Positions 40,852-50,103 of a DNA stretch of 64,000 nucleotides are shown one piece after another. A model generated the notes under the pieces. That model was not told the DNA's origin. It was given only the letters and a program-made list of their open reading frames with translations, and did not search any database. How positions within the stretch are numbered: position 1 is the first letter of the stretch; every line of letters starts with the position of its first letter. The DNA comes from an uncultured Armatimonadetes bacterium (lineage in GTDB: Bacteria > Armatimonadota > UBA5829 > DTJY01), in NCBI GenBank assembly GCA_937875395.1, contig CALNCU010000227.1:1297-65296 (forward strand). Reading direction: 5' to 3'. The translations under genes and the position numbers were made by a program.

Positions 40852-41898
40852 ATGGTTAAATGGGGAATTATAGGCTGCGGAGGCATTGCCCGCCGCAGGA
40901 TGATACCGGCGCTGCCGGAGTGTAAAAACAGCCAGGTTGTTGCAGTTATGGATGTAGACAGGGCTGCCGCAGATGAAGTTGCCGCGCAGATAGGCGCCCG
41001 CGCCTATTACACAGAGGCGGAACTGCTGCGCAACCCGGATGTTCAGGCGGTATACATAGCAACCCCCGTCTTTCTGCATCACGACCAGGTAATTGCAGCG
41101 GCAAAAGCGGGCAAGCACGTACTGGCAGAGAAGCCCATTGCGCTTGCAGTCTCTGAGGCGGAAGAGATGATTGCGGCCTGCAAAGAGGCCGGAGTCTACT
41201 TTACGGAAGGCTACATGATGAAGTTCCACAGCCTTAATGAAGCCGCGCGCAGCATGGTGGCAAAGGGAGAATTGGGCAACATAGTCTTTGCCCGGGCGCA
41301 GCTCTCCTGCTGGTACCCGGATATAAAGGGCGCATGGAGGCAGGACCCAAAGCTTGGCGGCGGCGGATCTCTTATGGATATGGCCACCCACTGCTATGAT
41401 CTTCTTCAATATATAATAGGCTCCAAGATAAAAGAGGTCTTTGCATACACGGATACCCTTACGTTTAAGTACCCGGTTGAAGACAGCTCCACCACCATGC
41501 TCAAGTTTGAGAACGGCGCGCATGCGGTTGTGGATGCCTTCTTCAACGTGCCGGATGCAGCAGGGCAGGCTCGGCTTGAGGTCTACGGGAACAAGGGGAG
41601 CATACAATCGGAAGGCACCATAGGGCAGATGCCCGGCGGACGGATGTATGCATATATCTCAAGCGATTCCAAAGACTACGATCCGCAGCAAAACAAGGAG
41701 AGCCTGGATGTTGTTAAAAGAGAGGTAATGCGCAAACCCGTAAATATGTACGCGCAGGAGATGGATTACCTCTCCGGTTGCATAGATAAGGGGAAGGCCC
41801 CCGCATTCTCCACGGCGGAGGAGGGGCTGTTCATTCTGAAGGTGGCAAAGGCCGCCTATGAGAGCAGCAGAACTGGAGCCGGCACAAAGGTAGAATAA
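40852..41898 (+). CDS. Gfo/Idh/MocA-family NAD(P)-dependent oxidoreductase (inositol/sugar dehydrogenase-like)
   Basis: MVKWGIIGCGGIARRR Rossmann start plus C-terminal Gfo/Idh/MocA domain. ATG is 1 nt after the creatininase-like stop. The ORF-track N-extension was rejected. Confidence 0.85.
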   Translation: MVKWGIIGCGGIARRRMIPALPECKNSQVVAVMDVDRAAADEVAAQIGARAYYTEAELLRNPDVQAVYIATPVFLHHDQVIAAAKAGKHVLAEKPIALAVSEAEEMIAACKEAGVYFTEGYMMKFHSLNEAARSMVAKGELGNIVFARAQLSCWYPDIKGAWRQDPKLGGGGSLMDMATHCYDLLQYIIGSKIKEVFAYTDTLTFKYPVEDSSTTMLKFENGAHAVVDAFFNVPDAAGQARLEVYGNKGSIQSEGTIGQMPGGRMYAYISSDSKDYDPQQNKESLDVVKREVMRKPVNMYAQEMDYLSGCIDKGKAPAFSTAEEGLFILKVAKAAYESSRTGAGTKVE

Positions 41899-41930
41899 AA
41901 CGCAATATAAGCCGTAATATGGTTAGAAAA

Positions 41931-41965
41931 AGGATGCAGTCCAGAGCGGGCTGCATCCTTTTTTG
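41931..41965 (+). terminator. Rho-independent terminator after the Gfo/Idh/MocA gene
   Basis: AGGATGCAG tccagagcggg CTGCATCCT followed by TTTTTTG: a perfect 9-bp GC-rich stem, 11-nt loop and U-tract. Confidence 0.7.
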
Positions 41966-42022
41966 CAGAGTATGGTTACCAATCCCTCTTATGTGGAAAG
42001 AATTACGCGGAGGTACAGACCA

Positions 42023-42883
42023 ATGCGTATTACAAGAAAACTTGGGTTTGCGTTTATGTTGTGCATTCTTCTTTCCGGCGGGGTACAGGCGGCCGGGCCG
42101 TCGCTTGGCGGGCTGCACGTTTCGGACAGCTTGGATACGCTCTTTAACGCCATGCGCACCCCGGAGCTTATCCGCGCCCGCCGGATGAACGGCCCGCAGC
42201 TGGATCATGTATCCATGCTCTTCAACCGCCAGGGGGCAGTAATAGTTGCGCTCGCCCACTATGGAGATAAGGTGGAAACGGTTCTTACAGAATCAAAATC
42301 CATGGTCACGAATGACGGCTTAAAGGTTGGGGACCCACGCACGCTGGTTATATCTAAGCGAGGCCAGCCGGAGGAGATTGACGACAGTGACCCGCTGGTG
42401 ACGGAATACTGGTACTGGTCTCAGGGCATAAACTTTGGAATCAACAAAAAGCAGGACAGCATAGAGAATATCTTCATCTTCCCTGCCAGCAAACCTGCGG
42501 AGCGCATAGAGCATGTGGCGCTCCCGGAGAGCCGCGTTCCGGTCTCCTGCAGCCTTATAAAGAACGGCCGCAATGCGTACCTGGTGGGGACGGCTACAAA
42601 CAAACACGCCGTGCCGCTTTACGGGGTGCGCGTGGGGATTACCCTGCGGAATGAACGGAACCTGCCGGTGGATGTGGTTTTCTCAGAGATAGGCGGGCTG
42701 CTCCCCAATGCCAGCATGCCTTTTAAGGTAAGCCTGCCGTCAAGTTCCGGGTGGAACAGCTATTCCGTAAGCATACAGTCAAGCGCATTGCCTGAAGGCA
42801 TAGCGCCGCCAAACCCAAGAGCCTACTATGTAAACATGAAACAGGCCCTTTTTAAAGATGAGACATTCCTTACCAAACGCTGA
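42023..42883 (+). CDS. secreted hypothetical protein
   Basis: Signal peptide MRITRKLGFAFMLCILLSGGVQAAGP, GGAGG RBS 10 nt upstream. The ORF-track start at 41963 lies inside the upstream terminator hairpin. Confidence 0.45.
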   Translation: MRITRKLGFAFMLCILLSGGVQAAGPSLGGLHVSDSLDTLFNAMRTPELIRARRMNGPQLDHVSMLFNRQGAVIVALAHYGDKVETVLTESKSMVTNDGLKVGDPRTLVISKRGQPEEIDDSDPLVTEYWYWSQGINFGINKKQDSIENIFIFPASKPAERIEHVALPESRVPVSCSLIKNGRNAYLVGTATNKHAVPLYGVRVGITLRNERNLPVDVVFSEIGGLLPNASMPFKVSLPSSSGWNSYSVSIQSSALPEGIAPPNPRAYYVNMKQALFKDETFLTKR

Positions 42884-43011
42884 TATGTTTGCAGGACGGG
42901 CTCTTGTGCGGAGCCTGTCCTGCCTTGACTAGCATCCTCTGGGAAGGTATTATTTAATCATTCGGCAGCAGATAGATTGCCTGCCGGTAATCTTTCCAAG
43001 GGGGTAAAAGA

Positions 43012-43704
43012 GTGGCAGATATAAAGTTTGATAGAGATATACCCGTTCCCTGCAGGTACACGCCGGGGCCGGTTAAAATAGACGGCCGGCTGGAAGATGC
43101 AGCCTGGCAGAAGGCAGATAACCTTTTATTCTACGTGCCGGTTGCAAATGAGACGCCCATAAGTAAAACAGAGGCCCGCATTCTATGGGACGACAACTAT
43201 TTTTACGTAGGATTCAAGGCTTACGATAGGGATATTTGGAGTTACCTGGAAGATAGGGATTCCAATACATGCTCAGAGGATGTGCTGGAAGTATTCTTCA
43301 AGCCCTATGCAGATAAAGAGCCGTATTTCAACTTTGAGATAAATGCGCTAGGCACCGTGTATGATGCGTATAATCTGGTAAGGGGTGCAGGCGGGCAGGA
43401 TCAGCATCGCTGGCGGGCGTGGGACTGCAAGGGGCTTAAGACCGGGATATTTATAAAAGGCACGCTGAACGATCCGGCTATTGAAGATGAATACTGGCAG
43501 CTTGAGGTTGCAGTGCCGTTTGCAAGCCTGCCTTTGCTGGAAGGCAATGCTCCAAAGCCGGGCGATAAATGGATGTTCCATCTGGCACGCTATGATTATT
43601 CCATATACCTGCCAAAGGGCATGGAACTTAGCTCCTGCACTCAGATGAGCGCCTGCAACTTCCACCGGTGGGAGGATTGGCGCCCGCTTGTTTTTGAGAA
43701 GTAG
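43012..43704 (+). CDS. CBM9-like / DOMON-like carbohydrate-binding domain protein without signal peptide
   Basis: IDGRLEDAAWQKA...ILWDDNYFYVGFKAYD...EVFF...FEINALGTVYDA pattern, as in the C-terminal domain of the 13572-16448 protein. Confidence 0.5.
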   Translation: MADIKFDRDIPVPCRYTPGPVKIDGRLEDAAWQKADNLLFYVPVANETPISKTEARILWDDNYFYVGFKAYDRDIWSYLEDRDSNTCSEDVLEVFFKPYADKEPYFNFEINALGTVYDAYNLVRGAGGQDQHRWRAWDCKGLKTGIFIKGTLNDPAIEDEYWQLEVAVPFASLPLLEGNAPKPGDKWMFHLARYDYSIYLPKGMELSSCTQMSACNFHRWEDWRPLVFEK

Positions 43705-43775
43705 GGGTTAGCGTCCAGGCCTGTCAGCGGCGCCTCTGGCTTGCGGGCCGAAGCATCAATTAATATGGACTGATA

Positions 43776-44672
43776 TTAAAGGGAAGGGTCTCTTAAGGCT
43801 GCCTTTACCCCGCTCAGGTAAGAGTGCTGAAACACAATCTCTCTGCAGGAGGGCGATTCCGCCGCCTTCCTGCGGCATCTTTTAATAAGACTGCCGTTTT
43901 CTGCTATAACAGAGTGCAGAGCCATTGTTACCGGGTTTACCCCCATAAGCAGCTTTATCATGGGATCCTTATGCTTGCGGTAGAATCGCACTGTAGAGAC
44001 CCCCGACATATGCATCTTTTGGCACTTCTCTTCAAAGGGTACGGGGTGCCAGTGATAGTTTAGGGCGTGTATGTTATACGCTATGCGCATGCCGGATTTC
44101 TTTAACCTGTAGCCAAGTTCCAAGTCTTCATGCCCGTATCCGGTAAAATTCTCATCAAACATGCCCACCCTTACAAGGGCCTCTTTGGGCGCAGATGCGT
44201 TTCCGGTAAGAAAGAAGAGCCAGGAGAGCTCCTTTGTGCGTTCGGAATGAAGGCACCGGCTCTCCTCCGGGTATGCCATTACATGTTTGTATTCCTTCAG
44301 CGTATCTACCTGCACCTCCCGGCCTACAACGGCGGTGTTTCTTTTTGCCGAATGTATTTTTGCATGTTCTTCCAGAAGGTGCGGGTCTGCAAGTATATCT
44401 GCATCTGTGAAGAGGATTATATCCCCTTTAGCCTCGCAGATTCCGCGGTTCCTGGCCCCGGAGCGCCCCCGGTTCTCCCCGGTAATCATGCGCAGGTTGG
44501 GGATGTTCATGGCCTCAACCATCTCCCTGGTGCCGTCCGTAGAGCCGGAATCTGAAAGGAGAATTTCGTACGCATCCTTGGGGTAGGTCTGGTTAAGGAT
44601 GGTGGGGAGCACGTGCTCCAGCGTCTCTCTTCTGTTATATGTAGGCATGACTATGCTTATGCTTAATGTCAA
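43776..44672 (-). CDS. family 2 glycosyltransferase
   Basis: ISIVMPTYNRRETL...DSGSTDGT...FTDAD(DxD). TTG start at 44672 with GGAGG RBS. Confidence 0.8.
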   Translation of the reverse strand: MTLSISIVMPTYNRRETLEHVLPTILNQTYPKDAYEILLSDSGSTDGTREMVEAMNIPNLRMITGENRGRSGARNRGICEAKGDIILFTDADILADPHLLEEHAKIHSAKRNTAVVGREVQVDTLKEYKHVMAYPEESRCLHSERTKELSWLFFLTGNASAPKEALVRVGMFDENFTGYGHEDLELGYRLKKSGMRIAYNIHALNYHWHPVPFEEKCQKMHMSGVSTVRFYRKHKDPMIKLLMGVNPVTMALHSVIAENGSLIKRCRRKAAESPSCREIVFQHSYLSGVKAALRDPSL

Positions 44673-44992
44673 AGCGGGGCCTCCATAGTTGTTGATGCAG
44701 ATTTACAAGTAATAGTGTAGCATAATATTGCATGAAAGGGTGCATATTCCTGAACATGCACCGCATATTTTGCTTCCGATGCCTCTATGTTTAGGGGCAC
44801 ACTACCAATAGTATACTCTTTAAACAGGTTTTTCTCAATCGCCGTGTGCGCAACAGATTGAAGGCTGTAACGTTGACAGTGATACCAGTGAAGTGGTAAC
44901 ATGTTATACAATTACTTATGTTGATAGATAGTGATGAGTTAGTGTGGTCTGCATGTTTTATCCAGTAACTCGAAAATCTAGCGAGAAAGCTG

Positions 44993-46096
44993 ATGAAAAT
45001 AGGAGTAGACATAGGCTTCATAGTGCAGGATAAAAGGGGCATGGGGTCGTATGTAAGGAATATGATTCAACTCCTCTTATCAGATTATACGGAACATACC
45101 TACACGCTCTTCTACAGAGATAACCGTAACAACTCCAATATCATTAAATACCTGAATTCAATTTCTGCTGCCGCCGACTACAGGCTTCTTCCGCTCCGCG
45201 CATGCCGCAATGCAGATCTGGACGTCTGTCTTTTTCCATGGAATAGAGTAGATGCAGTCCCCAAACATTGCCGCATAGCCGCCACTATTCATGATGCTGC
45301 GCCGTTTGTCTACCCGCTGCGCGGTATGATGAGATATTTTGATCAGCGGAGCGATGAGGGAAGGTTTAAGCATGCTGCAAAAACGGCGCACCTTGTTTTT
45401 GCGGTGTCAAAGTTTGCGCAGGAAGAGCTGCAAAGGTATATGCACATTCCTGAAGATAGAATAAAGGTTACGCATCTGGGCATCTCAGATTTCTTTCGCC
45501 GGCACACCGTAACCAATGATGAACGGTTGCAAATAAGGCAGATTCTTGGTTTTGAGGGGGATTTTCTACTCTTTGTGGGCGCCAATGATGAGCGGAAGAA
45601 CGTGCGCCGGCTGTTGCAGGCATACTCTCTCTGGAAGAAGAACACCGGCATGCAGCATAAACTGGTATTATGCGGGGTTTCGCCCAGGGAAGCCGACATG
45701 TACAGCAACATAACCCATGAAGATGGAGTCTCCGACGGCTTTGTTTTTCTACCTACGGTGGGAGATAAACTGCCCGGCTTGTACCGGATGGCAGCTGCGC
45801 TTGTTGTTCCTTCCCTCTACGAAGCCTTCTGTTTTCCGGTACCGGAAGCCATGGCATCCGGCACGCCCGTCATATGCTCTAATGCCGCATGCCTACCGGA
45901 AATAGCCGGGGATGCAGCGCTCTATTTTGATCCGCTAAGCGTAGAGGATATGGCGCTCAAGATAGATACATATACCCGCAATGCAGATTTGCGGGCGGAT
46001 ATGATTAAAAGAGGCTTGCAACAGGTTGAGAAATATACGTGGGAAAAGACTGTTGCAGAGACTGTTTCAGCGCTTACCCAACTGGTGGTGAATTAG
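44993..46096 (+). CDS. family 4 (GT-B) glycosyltransferase
   Basis: C-terminal E-x7-E-like region (FPVPEAMASGTPVICSNA...EIAGDAALYFDP) typical of GT4/GT1. Confidence 0.8.
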   Translation: MKIGVDIGFIVQDKRGMGSYVRNMIQLLLSDYTEHTYTLFYRDNRNNSNIIKYLNSISAAADYRLLPLRACRNADLDVCLFPWNRVDAVPKHCRIAATIHDAAPFVYPLRGMMRYFDQRSDEGRFKHAAKTAHLVFAVSKFAQEELQRYMHIPEDRIKVTHLGISDFFRRHTVTNDERLQIRQILGFEGDFLLFVGANDERKNVRRLLQAYSLWKKNTGMQHKLVLCGVSPREADMYSNITHEDGVSDGFVFLPTVGDKLPGLYRMAAALVVPSLYEAFCFPVPEAMASGTPVICSNAACLPEIAGDAALYFDPLSVEDMALKIDTYTRNADLRADMIKRGLQQVEKYTWEKTVAETVSALTQLVVN

Positions 46097-46136
46097 GTTA
46101 TCACGGGTTTCTTGCCTTATAGAAAGAGTAATATGA

Positions 46137-47204
46137 ATGCCGAATAAGCTGATAAAAAAAGTGCTCCTAATACGGCAGGATGGACTTGGAGATACCTTGC
46201 TTATGACCCCGCTTATGGCGGCGCTTAAGCAGAATATAGAGGGCTTGGAACTCTCCGTTCTGGCTTCACCTATAGGCGCCCAGGCGCTTAAGGGCAATCC
46301 GGCAGTTGATAACCTGCTGGTTGTAGATGGTAAGAAACTATCTCCGTTCGGCTATCTTAAACTTGCTTTTAAGCTGCGGCGCAAAAAATACGATGTGGCA
46401 ATCAGCATTAGCGAAAAGTTCTGTCCGCGTCTGCTGACATGGCTTTCAGGGAGCCGCATACGCATAGGTTTCTTTCCCGGCACCACTCAGCCCCTTAAAT
46501 CCATACTCCTTCCCATGGTTTTTACGCACAGAATTCAATATCCCAATGATCCAAGCAGGTATTCCGACCTTCATGAGGTGGAAAGGTACATGGAACTTCT
46601 GCATCCGGTTGGAATAAAACTGAATGGCGGGGAACTAAAGATATATCTGCCTGAAGAGAAGCTTGCATGGGCAAAAAATTATATATTAAGTGCCGGGGGC
46701 GGCTCAGAGTTAATAGCATTACATCTGTCCCAAAAATGGGCTACAGAGGGTTGGCCGAAGGAATTTCTTGCAGAAATGATAGAGTATCTTCTGCGCAAAA
46801 TGCCCTATGCAGGCCTGGTGGTGACATATGGGGAATTAGAGGCTGAGTGGGTGAAGCCTGTTTTGGCCATGCTTCCCAAAGATCGCGTGCATATCTACTT
46901 CAGCAGGGATTTCTGCAACTGGGCCGCGCTGCTCTCGCAGTGCAAGGTGCTGATTACCATGGATACCGGCGCAGCCCACGTAGCCACAGCCCTTCATATT
47001 CCCATGGTTGATGTCTTTCCGTCAGAGCATTTTGAGCACTGCTCTTCCAGATGGTACCCATGGCATGTTCCCCACAGGGTTGTAAAACGAGAATTGCTTG
47101 CAAGCAGTTCTGATGATAAAAGCCGCAAGATTAAGCATTCCTTTTTGGAAAATATATTAGGCTCTACAAAGGAGCTTATGGCCAGCAGTTCTGAAAAAGA
47201 TTAA
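46137..47204 (+). CDS. family 9 glycosyltransferase (LPS heptosyltransferase-like)
   Basis: KVLLIRQDGLGDTLLMTPL N-terminus and TMDTGAAHVATALHIPMVDVF C-terminal motif of RfaF/RfaC-type GT9. Confidence 0.8.
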   Translation: MPNKLIKKVLLIRQDGLGDTLLMTPLMAALKQNIEGLELSVLASPIGAQALKGNPAVDNLLVVDGKKLSPFGYLKLAFKLRRKKYDVAISISEKFCPRLLTWLSGSRIRIGFFPGTTQPLKSILLPMVFTHRIQYPNDPSRYSDLHEVERYMELLHPVGIKLNGGELKIYLPEEKLAWAKNYILSAGGGSELIALHLSQKWATEGWPKEFLAEMIEYLLRKMPYAGLVVTYGELEAEWVKPVLAMLPKDRVHIYFSRDFCNWAALLSQCKVLITMDTGAAHVATALHIPMVDVFPSEHFEHCSSRWYPWHVPHRVVKRELLASSSDDKSRKIKHSFLENILGSTKELMASSSEKD

Positions 47205-47220
47205 AATATCAGGTGTTCAA

Positions 47221-48183
47221 TTGAAAGCTAAAACCGATAGAAAATTTGTAGCCGGCGTAATGCTGATGGGCAAAAAGCAGGAACGGTTTCTGCCGGCATG
47301 CCTGGCAAGCATAGCCGATGCGGTAGATTTGCTTGTGGTAAATGAAAATTCCTGCCAAGCAGAGAACAATAACTTAAGTGCGCTAAAGGATTCCGCGCTC
47401 TACCGGCAAGGCAAAGTCAAAATCATCCCATCGGAATTCAAGGGTTTTGGCTATTGTAGAAACCTGTGCCTGGATTATCTGCGCGCCAATCCCGTGCCGG
47501 GAATGTGGGTGCTCATAGTTGATTGTGATGAAGTACACGCTCCCGGTTTCACTGTGCTGACCAGAAAGATTCTCCCTAATCTGCCGCCGCATATAGGCAT
47601 AGTAGACGGCTACTTCCGGCATTTTGTACTGTCAGGCAGGTACTATGTATCTCTTGATAGACGCCACAATATGCTCTTCAGCTTTAACAAAGACATTTGC
47701 TGGGAAGGCAGCGTTCATGAAAAGCTGGTAAACATCCGAGGCGCCAGGATTGGACTACCGTACAGGTACTTTCATTATGGGTACCTGGCCCCGCTTGGTG
47801 ATTTGATGAAAAGATGGGAGTTATACGGCAGCCTGGGAGATGCTACATCGGCTGATCATACAGTTTATCCTAATGCAATTCTAGAGAGCGATGCTGCCAG
47901 GGCCATGCGTTTCAAGGGGTGGCATCCGGGTTATGCTCTTCGACTGCTTCAGACATATGAGGATGAGAACCGGGAAGCTGTGAGGCATTTTGAGGAAATG
48001 GTGAATGCGCATAATCCCGGACGTTCGAAGATGCTGCTTAAAGATCTGAACTATGAGATAAGGATGGCATGGCGGGGGCTGCAGTTTATGGGCAGGTTTC
48101 CGCTAGACGCAGAATTATGCCGCGGCTTGCTGGATATGACAGGAGATCAGTTGAGCCTCAGGCATAATTCCACCGGCACCTAG
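47221..48183 (+). CDS. hypothetical glycosyltransferase-like protein (possible GT2-like DxD fold)
   Basis: TTG start. LVVNENS...VLIVDCDEV DxD-like segment. Weak family evidence. Confidence 0.4.
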   Translation: MKAKTDRKFVAGVMLMGKKQERFLPACLASIADAVDLLVVNENSCQAENNNLSALKDSALYRQGKVKIIPSEFKGFGYCRNLCLDYLRANPVPGMWVLIVDCDEVHAPGFTVLTRKILPNLPPHIGIVDGYFRHFVLSGRYYVSLDRRHNMLFSFNKDICWEGSVHEKLVNIRGARIGLPYRYFHYGYLAPLGDLMKRWELYGSLGDATSADHTVYPNAILESDAARAMRFKGWHPGYALRLLQTYEDENREAVRHFEEMVNAHNPGRSKMLLKDLNYEIRMAWRGLQFMGRFPLDAELCRGLLDMTGDQLSLRHNSTGT

Positions 48184-49103
48184 CCAGGTATCCACCATTC
48201 CGGTACTTCGGCGGCATCCTTGCCTATATCTTGCAACCTACGCATAAGTTCTGAATTACTTTTGTTGAAGATGATAGTTTCGGGATGGTGCGCATATATT
48301 GTTACCGCATCAACATCCGGGGATTTCTTGCAGGCGTCTTCAATTTTATGAAGCGTCTGTTCTCCATCAACAAAATGATATGAAGCTATACATGCATAAG
48401 CGTTTTCATATGCGCTGATGAATTTGATCATATCATCTATAAGTTCAAGCTCCGCACCTTCAATATCAACTTTAATCATCTTCACCTTTGCGGGATCAAT
48501 ATCATAGTCTGTTACAAGCTCTTGAAGCCTGATTGCATCTGCATTGCGGGGACTATCATTGCCTACAAGCATTTTTCTGCAAAGGCGTACATTATAAATG
48601 CCGTTTACAGACATGTTGAAGTTGAAATCATCCGTGTAACAACTTTCCGGCTCAACCGCCAGCACGCTGCCGGAAGGTCCTACCAGCTTTGCAAAGTAAG
48701 CGGATGTGAATCCTTCAGTTGCTCCTATATCAACTACTACATCTCCATCCACCAGATTATCCAGCAGTAAATATCCTCGCAGTTCGCTGAGTAGATAAGT
48801 CAGGTGGCAATCTCTTGATATAAGCCTGACTTTGCCGGATTCCGTCAGCCATGTGTCATTGGCATTGTTATAGGTAAGTTTGGGAGCAAAGCCTGGAAAG
48901 AAGTATCCGAACCTGTTGTTAAAATCTATCTGAAAGCTCTTGGAGACTTCCGTGATAGTAAAATCCTGCTTTTTAAGGGTTTTCCACGCGTAGCGTCTCA
49001 TGTAACGCCTGAGTATAACCTGTGCCAGGGGATCTATATGCCGAACATATTTCCTGAAAAATCGGTTCTTAACAATATCCATGTTCAAGGGGTTCATATT
49101 CAT
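48180..49103 (-). CDS. FkbM-family SAM-dependent methyltransferase
   Basis: VVDIGATEGFTSAYFAKLVGPSGSVLAVEPE...IKVDIEGAELELI FkbM pattern. ATG at 49103; the 49109 codon is TTG. Convergent 4-nt overlap with the 47221 gene. Confidence 0.7.
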   Translation of the reverse strand: MNMNPLNMDIVKNRFFRKYVRHIDPLAQVILRRYMRRYAWKTLKKQDFTITEVSKSFQIDFNNRFGYFFPGFAPKLTYNNANDTWLTESGKVRLISRDCHLTYLLSELRGYLLLDNLVDGDVVVDIGATEGFTSAYFAKLVGPSGSVLAVEPESCYTDDFNFNMSVNGIYNVRLCRKMLVGNDSPRNADAIRLQELVTDYDIDPAKVKMIKVDIEGAELELIDDMIKFISAYENAYACIASYHFVDGEQTLHKIEDACKKSPDVDAVTIYAHHPETIIFNKSNSELMRRLQDIGKDAAEVPEWWIPG

Positions 49104-49193
49104 TTGCAATGCCTCTAAGAATCATATTATCTTCAAGTAATATAAAACCGGCAAAGAACCCCGGCATACTCAGTTATAGACGCGGGCTTAAGT

Positions 49194-50087
49194 TTATGAA
49201 GCGCGAAGGCTCGTCCGCACGGAATCAAAGTACTCAAAGCTTACAAGCAGCCGTGTGCAGAGGAGCGGTAAGCCGTGCAGAGGCTTGTCCCCGGCCTTCT
49301 TTACTACCTTTGTATAGAACGGTTTTCCAATGCGCAGTATGTCGTTCCATACAAAGCGGGCAAAGAATATGCCGGTTGACATGCGGGTTCTAAGGAATGG
49401 GCGCTTTCTAAGGTATATGACGGCACTTCTGCCGCTTGATTGCGCCTGCCTGCACAGCCGGGGCAGGTCCGTGCCCTTCCACCGGGTCTTATAGTGGTAG
49501 ACTATGGCTTTTGGGATGAACTTTTTAACAAGCCCCAGGTCTTTAAGCCTGTGTCCCAGTTCCAGGTCCTCCCAGCCGTATTCCGTAAAGTCTTCATCAA
49601 AGAGCCCCGCTTCAAGCAGGAACCTGCGCCGCACGGAGACGTTGCTGGTCCAGAAGAAGGATGTAGAGATATCTGCTATCTTGAACTTGGGGATAAGTTC
49701 CTTATCAAGATTGTCTATGTGGTTCACCCAGCCGTTTACCACGCTCCGCTGATCTGCCTGGTGTGCGGCCCAATGTTCTTTTAGCAGGTTTGCATCTGCA
49801 AAGGTATCATCGTCTATGAATAGGACTACTTCGCCCTCTGCGTTTCTTATCCCAAGGTTGCGGGCTTTGGAAAGTCCGGCGTTCTTCTCTTGCCGCAGGC
49901 ACTTTACCTGGCACTCATGCGCCAGTTCTTTTACCATATCGCTTGTGCCGTCCGTGCTTCCGTCATCTACAAGAACAAGTTCGTAGTCCTCAGGCGGAAA
50001 ATCAACCTTAAAAAGGGCTTCCAGGCACCGTTTAAGCAGGGCCTTCCGGTTGTAGCTGCAGATTTGAATGCTTATTTTTATTGACAT
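49194..50087 (-). CDS. family 2 glycosyltransferase
   Basis: ISIQICSYNRKALL...VDDGSTDGT...FIDDDT. Start ATG at 50087 (GGAG RBS), 17 nt after the msbA stop. The ORF-track N-extension would overlap msbA by 100 nt and was rejected. Confidence 0.8.
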   Translation of the reverse strand: MSIKISIQICSYNRKALLKRCLEALFKVDFPPEDYELVLVDDGSTDGTSDMVKELAHECQVKCLRQEKNAGLSKARNLGIRNAEGEVVLFIDDDTFADANLLKEHWAAHQADQRSVVNGWVNHIDNLDKELIPKFKIADISTSFFWTSNVSVRRRFLLEAGLFDEDFTEYGWEDLELGHRLKDLGLVKKFIPKAIVYHYKTRWKGTDLPRLCRQAQSSGRSAVIYLRKRPFLRTRMSTGIFFARFVWNDILRIGKPFYTKVVKKAGDKPLHGLPLLCTRLLVSFEYFDSVRTSLRAS

Positions 50088-50103
50088 GCTAATTCTCCGT
50101 TTA

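Noticed and set aside
41963-42022. ORF-track start of the secreted protein gene at 41963
   Set aside because: The first 20 codons overlap the intrinsic terminator hairpin at 41931-41965. An ATG at 42023 with a GGAGG RBS gives a clean signal peptide.
42891-42923. Hairpin GCAGGACGGGCTC...GAGCCTGTCCTGC after the secreted-protein gene as an intrinsic terminator
   Set aside because: The 13-bp stem is strong, but it is not followed by a U-tract. It is kept as a possible Rho-dependent or processing signal, not called a terminator.
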